In this document: piece after piece, positions 27,045 through 32,000 of the stretch | Layout of the letters: the number at the start of each line of letters is the position of its first letter | Numbering within the stretch: position 1 is the stretch's first letter | Source of the DNA: Candidatus Electrothrix yaqonensis | Lineage (GTDB): Bacteria; Desulfobacterota; Desulfobulbia; Desulfobulbales; Desulfobulbaceae | NCBI GenBank assembly: GCA_047651235.1 | Contig: CP178758.1 | Location: 1,350,001 to 1,382,000, forward strand | Length of the DNA stretch: 32,000 nucleotides | Direction: 5' to 3' | Position numbers and translations under genes: made by a program | The notes under the pieces: generated by a model | The model's database searches: none | Seen by the model: only the letters and a program-made list of their open reading frames with translations | What the model was told of the DNA's origin: nothing

Positions 27045-28820
27045 TTACCGTTCCGGTTTACTTGCTGCCTTCTTCCAAGCCAATTCTTCCAGCTGGGCCT
27101 TTATTTTGTCACGGAAATAATCGATCCGCTCGTTGTCCAAGGCGATGAGCAGCCAGTGTTCCGCCTGCTCATAGTCGCCTTTGCGCGTCAGCAGGCGACC
27201 GAAGCTTGAGGCAACCATTGCCACACCCCGGCGGTCTCCGCTTTTGCTTAGAAATTCATAACTTTTTCGATACAGACCCTCAGCTTCCGGCCAGCGTTTC
27301 CTGTCTCTGCTGAGCAGATTTCCGAAGCTGTGCCATACCTGCGCCTGATGATGTGGATTGTCCTGGCCCAGCTCCAGGCTTTTTCTGTAGGCAGTTTCTG
27401 CTTCCTGATGCCGCTGACGGTTGCGGCTCAACAGATTACCGAGACTGTGCCATACCTGCGCCTGACCGAAGGTATTGCCGTTTCGTTCTTCCAGCTCCAG
27501 GCTTTTTCTGTAGGCAGTTTCTGCTTCCTGATGCCGCTGACGGTTGCGGCTCAACAGATTACCGAGACTGTGCCATACCTGCGCCTGACCGAAGGTATTG
27601 CCGTTTCGTTCTTCCAGCTCCAGGCTTTTTCTGTAGGCAGTTTCTGCTTCCTGATGCCGCTGACGGTTGCGGCTCAACAGATTACCGAGACTGTGCCATA
27701 CCTGCGCCTGATGATGTGGATTGTCCTGGCCCAGCTCCAGGCTTTTTCTGTAGGCAGTTTCTGCTTCCTGATGCCGCTGACGGTTGCGGCTCAACAGATT
27801 ACCGAGACTGTGCCATACCTGCGCCTGATGATGTGGATTGTCCTGGCCCAGCTCCAGGCTTTTTCTGTAGGCAGTTTCTGCTTCCTGATGCCGCTGACGG
27901 TTGCGGCTCAACAGATTACCGAGACTGTGCCATACCTGCGCCTGACCGAAGGTATTGCCGTTTCGTTCTTCCAGCTCCAGGCTTTTTCTGTAGGCAGTTT
28001 CTGCTTCCTGATGCCGCTGACGGTTGCGGCTCAACAGATTACCGAGACTGTGCCATACCTGCGCCTGATGATGTGGATTGTCCTGGCCCAGCTCCAGGCT
28101 TTCCCGAAAAGCCGTTTCCGCGTCCTTATGCCGCCGGAATTGACGGCTCCAACTCAGCCCAATAATGTGCGCAGCCACTGCCGCATCATGGCGACTTTGT
28201 GGCGAGCCGCTGCGCTGCTTCCACACCGGGTCCAAGAAACGAAGCGCGACCTTATGCTGCTTATTTTTATGCGCATACATTCCCCGCATAAAATACGCGC
28301 TTTGGAGATGATCGGGCAGTGTTCCCGCCGGAATTTCTGCGGACAAGCTTTCGTCAATGTAAAGATCAACCACCCGCGAAGTTTCATCGTGGTGCAGGTC
28401 AAAAAACTGACGCAGTACAGCCACCCCGCCCGGCTGCTCCTGCTCCATAGTCAGCGAGAGGCGGGCAAGCTGGAGATCGAATTCGTCGTGCAGATTATCC
28501 TGAGAAGATTGCCTTTTGACCTCGCGCAGGGCATTCAGCACCCGACAACGGGTGCTTTCCGCTGAACCGTTGAGTTTGGAGAGGACATATTCCCGGACAT
28601 CATCATCAATGCCCCAGCTTGTCCGGCCCTTTTCATGCCAGATCGGAAATGAACGGATTTCCTCCAACAGCTCCGGGGTGTTGCCGTTGGCAAGCTCGGA
28701 CTGAACCAGAATGCCTGCGGCCAGTTCATCATCCAAATAGGAAGGCACGGCGAGGAAAGACAATGATTTTTCCGCATCCGGCGAAAGCACGTCAAGGATA
28801 TCCTGCACCGAGCTGGTCAT
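27045..28820 (-). CDS. Winged-helix-like N-terminal region + KLC-type (about 40-aa) TPR array protein, 591 aa
   Basis: The N-terminal ~220 aa (LSPDAEKSLSFLAVPSYLDDELAAGIL...WGIDDDVREYVLSKL) read like the WH/helical module that follows the NTPase in STAND proteins. At least 9 TPR-like units follow, six of them identical. The ATG overlaps the upstream stop (ATGA). Confidence 0.85.
   Translation of the reverse strand: MTSSVQDILDVLSPDAEKSLSFLAVPSYLDDELAAGILVQSELANGNTPELLEEIRSFPIWHEKGRTSWGIDDDVREYVLSKLNGSAESTRCRVLNALREVKRQSSQDNLHDEFDLQLARLSLTMEQEQPGGVAVLRQFFDLHHDETSRVVDLYIDESLSAEIPAGTLPDHLQSAYFMRGMYAHKNKQHKVALRFLDPVWKQRSGSPQSRHDAAVAAHIIGLSWSRQFRRHKDAETAFRESLELGQDNPHHQAQVWHSLGNLLSRNRQRHQEAETAYRKSLELEERNGNTFGQAQVWHSLGNLLSRNRQRHQEAETAYRKSLELGQDNPHHQAQVWHSLGNLLSRNRQRHQEAETAYRKSLELGQDNPHHQAQVWHSLGNLLSRNRQRHQEAETAYRKSLELEERNGNTFGQAQVWHSLGNLLSRNRQRHQEAETAYRKSLELEERNGNTFGQAQVWHSLGNLLSRNRQRHQEAETAYRKSLELGQDNPHHQAQVWHSFGNLLSRDRKRWPEAEGLYRKSYEFLSKSGDRRGVAMVASSFGRLLTRKGDYEQAEHWLLIALDNERIDYFRDKIKAQLEELAWKKAASKPER
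27330..28102. repeat. Nucleotide-perfect tandem array inside the TPR gene: 117-bp (A) and 123-bp (B) modules in order A-B-B-A-A-B plus a 53-nt partial copy
   Basis: The marker GTGCCATACCTGCGCCTG recurs at 27330, 27447, 27570, 27693, 27810, 27927 and 28050 (spacings 117, 123, 123, 117, 117, 123). The A module encodes ...LELGQDNPHH and the B module ...LELEERNGNTFG. The shared 96 nt are identical in every copy I compared. Confidence 0.95.
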
Positions 28821-29641
28821 GATGCCGCAACCGCCTGCCTTTTCAGCCGAGCGGCGTATTTGTGTTTGAAATCCTTGTAACTGATCTTGCCGTGCGGCGG
28901 TTCAGCCAAACCGGAGCAAAACGCCTCGTCACCGGTTTCCTGCACAATGTCATCAAAGCGCAGATACGGACTGATGGTCTCAACATGCTCGGTGTCAAAA
29001 TCCAGCAGCTCATCCAGCTCGCCCTGATTGACAATGCAGATTTTCACATGTCCTTTACGCGCAAGATTTCTGTACAGCCTACGGAGCCATTGTCTTGTAT
29101 CATCACTGAAGTCTTGAAAGCCTGCTTTGAGGAACTGAAAAGAAAGCAGTATCTGCTGCGTACCCAGGGATTGCTGAAAATCAAGCAGAAACAGATCAAA
29201 GAGCTTTTCAATGTTCTCCTCGCGCAGCTTGTTCAACGAAGGCAGCTCGTTGATGACAAGATTCACATTTTGATTTTGACTGATTTCTTCCGCGCTAAAT
29301 TCATCTCCGGCCTGCGCATGGTTTCCCACACCCTGCTGCATCGCTGCCGGAAAATAACCGGTCATCCCTCGGTTGAATTCCTGATAAAATAAGGGAAAGT
29401 TCTCGCTGCCGTCCAGCTCTTCGGCCAGTTCTTTTAAAAAGATGTCTTTGACAATTCGAGCATCGGAAGAATGCTGCATGGCGACAAAACGGAGAGGGGT
29501 AGCTTCTGTTTTCATCCAGATGCGGGCATCGCGTATTTCCTGCGTGTCCGGGATATGCAGGAGCAGAAACGGATCATCGCTGTTCTTCCAGTCGGCGAAG
29601 TGCGCCTTCACGTCCTTTCTGTCGTGCCACTTGACAATCAT
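28817..29641 (-). CDS. Hypothetical 274-aa protein; reads like a STAND/AAA_16-type NTPase core lacking Walker A and B
   Basis: Clean ORF with SD AGGAAA; both its start and its stop overlap neighbouring genes as ATGA. There is no GxxxxGK[ST] anywhere. DPFLLLHIPDTQEI sits where a P-loop strand would be. QQILLSFQFLKAGFQDFSDDTRQWLRRLYRNLARKGHVKICIVNQGE resembles the AAA_16 'vlvlDDlhwaD..s..lL..l.....pvlllgt.R' block with DD replaced by QF. Confidence 0.6.
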   Translation of the reverse strand: MIVKWHDRKDVKAHFADWKNSDDPFLLLHIPDTQEIRDARIWMKTEATPLRFVAMQHSSDARIVKDIFLKELAEELDGSENFPLFYQEFNRGMTGYFPAAMQQGVGNHAQAGDEFSAEEISQNQNVNLVINELPSLNKLREENIEKLFDLFLLDFQQSLGTQQILLSFQFLKAGFQDFSDDTRQWLRRLYRNLARKGHVKICIVNQGELDELLDFDTEHVETISPYLRFDDIVQETGDEAFCSGLAEPPHGKISYKDFKHKYAARLKRQAVAAS

Positions 29642-29994
29642 TTGATTTCCTGCCGGATGTTCTTGAACGACATTTTCTTTCCCGCTTTGGCATTCCTGCC
29701 GACAGACTGTTCACCTGCACCTCTCTGTTCAGGACGGATTTGAGTTATGCTTTCAACTTCCATCTCGTCCGGCGTTTCCGCACCATCTCCGATGCTTTGC
29801 AGGTCACCGGACGGCTCTTCCTGTTTTTTACCTTTCTTTGTAAATATTTTCAAGGCGATTGACAAAAGGACAACTGCAGCCAGACTTGCTGCGCTGATAA
29901 ACCACCCCTTCCGCCAGCCGTATTTATCAATCACGCCCATACAGGCTGCGGAAAAACTCAGAGCAGCTCCAATGAAAGTCAGCAGGTTTTCCAT
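29638..29994 (-). CDS. Small membrane protein (118 aa): two N-terminal TM helices + charged, probably disordered tail
   Basis: SD GAGGA lies 6 nt upstream of the ATG, which is 11 nt downstream of the hemA stop. Hydrophobic segments LLTFIGAALSFSAACMGVI and WFISAASLAAVVLLSIALKIF are followed by a K/E/D/G-rich tail. Confidence 0.6.
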   Translation of the reverse strand: MENLLTFIGAALSFSAACMGVIDKYGWRKGWFISAASLAAVVLLSIALKIFTKKGKKQEEPSGDLQSIGDGAETPDEMEVESITQIRPEQRGAGEQSVGRNAKAGKKMSFKNIRQEIK

Positions 29995-30005
29995 AATTAT
30001 CCTCG

Positions 30006-31301
30006 TCAGTTTTTTTTCTGCGTGCTGCGTTCATTGAGCTGAAATAACGTGCGGACGTGCATGATCCGCTCCTCCTGATCCACACAGCAGCGGTCCGACT
30101 TCAGATACTGCAGCGGGTGATGGAGCATTTTGCCGACAATGGATGAGGCCATCCGTTCAATGCATTTTCTGTCCTTGGCGCTGATGCCGTTGAGCCGGGG
30201 CAGAGTCTTGGCCAGCTCTGCCTGACAGATGGATTCCGCCGCAGCTCTGAGTTCGAGAATGGTCGGGGTGACTTCCATCGAGGCCAGCCAGCCGACAAAC
30301 TTCAGGGTTTCCTCCTCCACGATCCGGCGGGCCTTGACCGCCTCCTTGTCCCGCTGCTCCCTGTTCATCTCCACAACATTGTTCAGGTCGTCAATGTCGT
30401 AAAGATAGATATTTTCCAGGGTGTTGATTTTCGGGTCCAGATCGCGGGGCACCGCAATATCGATCAGAAAGAGCGGCCGGTTGCGGCGGCGGCGCATCAC
30501 CGGGACGATATCTTTTTTCCGCAGGATAAACCCTTCGGCCCCGGTGGAGCTGATCAGAATATCCACCTCAAGCAGCTGGTCAGTCAGCTCATCAAGTCCG
30601 ACGGACCTGCCCCGAAAGCGGGCTGCCAGCTTCATGGCGCGCTCTAGGGTGCGGTTGGCGACCACCACCTCCTGAATCCCCTGGCTTACCAGATGTTCGG
30701 CTGCAAGTTCAGCCATTTCTCCGGCTCCCACCAGCATGACCCGTTTTCCCTCCAGCTTGCCGAAGATCTTGCGCCCCAGTTCAACCGCAGCATAGGAGAT
30801 GGAGACTGCGTTGGCGCCGATTCGGGTTTCCGTGCGCACCCGTTTGGCCACGGAAAACGATTTATGGAGCAGTTTGTTGAGGATCAGGCCGGATGTTTTT
30901 TTGCGCGATGCATGACGGAACGCCTCTTTCAGCTGCCCGAGAATCTGCGCCTCGCCGACGATCATTGAATCCAGGCTGGAGGACACCATAAAGAGGTGAT
31001 GGACAGCCTCTTTGTTTTCATAGAGGTAGATACTGTTTTTCAGTTCCTCTTCGCTCACCCTGCCGTGAAAAAGCAGGGCAAGGACTTCACGCCGCATCTG
31101 TTCCGGTTCTTGGCAGGTGAACAGAATTTCCACCCGGTTGCAGGTGGAAAGCAGATAGTACTCCCCAAGTCCTCCTAACTGCCCGAGTCTGTCCAGGGGT
31201 TCCTCGTAGCCTCCGGTGAGCGCGAGTTTCTCCCGTACTTCCAGAGGGGTTTTTTTGTGATTCACACCGAGGAGAACAATGGAATCATGCCCCATAGTCA
31301 A
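30006..31301 (-). CDS. hemA: Glutamyl-tRNA reductase
   Basis: VLLGVNHKKTPLEVREK, LSTCNRVE, GEAQILGQLK and a VGAGEMAEL Rossmann motif. 431 aa. Confidence 0.95.
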   Translation of the reverse strand: MTMGHDSIVLLGVNHKKTPLEVREKLALTGGYEEPLDRLGQLGGLGEYYLLSTCNRVEILFTCQEPEQMRREVLALLFHGRVSEEELKNSIYLYENKEAVHHLFMVSSSLDSMIVGEAQILGQLKEAFRHASRKKTSGLILNKLLHKSFSVAKRVRTETRIGANAVSISYAAVELGRKIFGKLEGKRVMLVGAGEMAELAAEHLVSQGIQEVVVANRTLERAMKLAARFRGRSVGLDELTDQLLEVDILISSTGAEGFILRKKDIVPVMRRRRNRPLFLIDIAVPRDLDPKINTLENIYLYDIDDLNNVVEMNREQRDKEAVKARRIVEEETLKFVGWLASMEVTPTILELRAAAESICQAELAKTLPRLNGISAKDRKCIERMASSIVGKMLHHPLQYLKSDRCCVDQEERIMHVRTLFQLNERSTQKKN

Positions 31302-32000
31302 TGCCTCCTGCCAGCAGAAACCAGAGGGTGATCAGGACAGCGCAGAAGGCGACAACCGTTATCTGCGCAGCCCGGCGTCCCCGCCAGCCCACAGTGAAGC
31401 GCTGGTGCATCAGGCCAGCGTACAGCAGCCAGGTGAGCACAGCGCTGACGATTTTCGGACTCCATTGCCAGGGACGGCCGCCCCATATCTGCTGGGCCCA
31501 GATGTAGCCGGCAAACATCCCTAAGGTCATCAGGGGAAAACCTATGCTGATGCAGTGCTGGTTCAGTTTGTCCAGAGCATCCAGCGAGGGCAGCCGGGAA
31601 AAGAAAAAGCCGAACCGCTTTTGTTTCAGCTCCCGCTCCTGCAGGAGATACATGACACCGCCGATGGCAGCCAGGGTCAGAAATGCATCAGCAATAATGG
31701 AAATGGAGGCATGAACAGGGAGCAGCCATGACTGCATTTCCGGAGGCAGCGGGAAAATTTCTCGGGAGGCCAAGGACGCAATCAGCATCAGCAGAACGGT
31801 GATAACCGAGGTGAACGGCCCGGAATTTGTGACCGTATACCGCCAGCGGAAGGAAAGATGACACCAGGCAACAGACCAGGCAAAAAAGGAAACCGTTTCG
31901 TGGATGCTGGTGATGGGTGTGTGTTCCGCCTCAAGATAGCGGGCAAGAATATTGACAGTGTGCAGAACTGCGGCGCTCAGAAAGACCCTGCGGGCAACCT
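31285..32000 (-). CDS. Cytochrome c assembly (CcsA/HemX-like) membrane protein; N-terminus lies beyond the window
   Basis: My hand translation shows the frame stays open from 31788 to base 32000 (...RYLEAEHTPITSIHETVSFFAWSVAW...). It is polytopic and Trp-rich (WAQQIWGGRPWQWSPK), with the typical position just upstream of and overlapping hemA. Confidence 0.75.
   Translation of the reverse strand, partial: VARRVFLSAAVLHTVNILARYLEAEHTPITSIHETVSFFAWSVAWCHLSFRWRYTVTNSGPFTSVITVLLMLIASLASREIFPLPPEMQSWLLPVHASISIIADAFLTLAAIGGVMYLLQERELKQKRFGFFFSRLPSLDALDKLNQHCISIGFPLMTLGMFAGYIWAQQIWGGRPWQWSPKIVSAVLTWLLYAGLMHQRFTVGWRGRRAAQITVVAFCAVLITLWFLLAGGIDYGA

Noticed and set aside
27330-28102. Possible CRISPR array (regular ~120-bp periodicity)
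   Set aside because: There are no unique spacers: the whole unit repeats and lies in-frame inside a coding sequence. The period is far larger than a repeat+spacer unit with a short conserved repeat, and no cas genes are present.
27330-28565. Long plus-strand ORFs (411 aa and 270 aa) with striking internal repeats
   Set aside because: They are antisense shadows of the minus-strand TPR gene. Their periodicity simply mirrors the 117/123-bp repeats. The minus-strand frame gives canonical TPR sequence and proper start/stop coupling.

Overview
This looks like a chromosomal segment from a sulfate-reducing or sulfur-cycling Desulfobacterota-type bacterium; that is inferred from gene content only (RsbRD_N-dsrMKJ-like genes, a ccsA-like/hemA pair). 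The housekeeping backbone is an ABC-F ATPase (5' partial), sbcDC, tail-specific protease, dsrMKJ-like genes, malic enzyme, a TM2 protein, coaX, a SAM methyltransferase, glyQ, pgi, hemA and a ccsA-like gene (partial). Two AT-rich insertions interrupt it. (i) About 1.3-5.0 kb: a decayed HTH-antitoxin remnant, a KTSC gene, and a 947-aa fusion of a PHP phosphoesterase to a Rad50/SMC-type ABC ATPase (a Ppl-like defence candidate) sitting 14 bp from sbcD. (ii) About 10.0-11.5 kb: an amber-interrupted C92 permuted-papain gene and an IS30 transposase remnant. The most system-like unexplained locus is a translationally coupled three-gene cassette at 27.0-30.0 kb on the minus strand, 11 bp after hemA. 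It encodes a small 2-TM protein, a 274-aa protein that reads like a STAND/AAA_16 NTPase core lacking both Walker motifs, and a winged-helix + TPR protein whose TPR array is six nucleotide-perfect 117/123-bp modules. Other oddities: a perfect 28-bp palindrome over the sbcD stop codon, dsrMKJ ending at a strong terminator with no dsrOP, a DsrJ-like cytochrome with no seventh cysteine, and several genes each broken by one in-frame TAG. I found no CRISPR array, tRNA or rRNA. All homology calls come from motif reading by eye; no searches were run.
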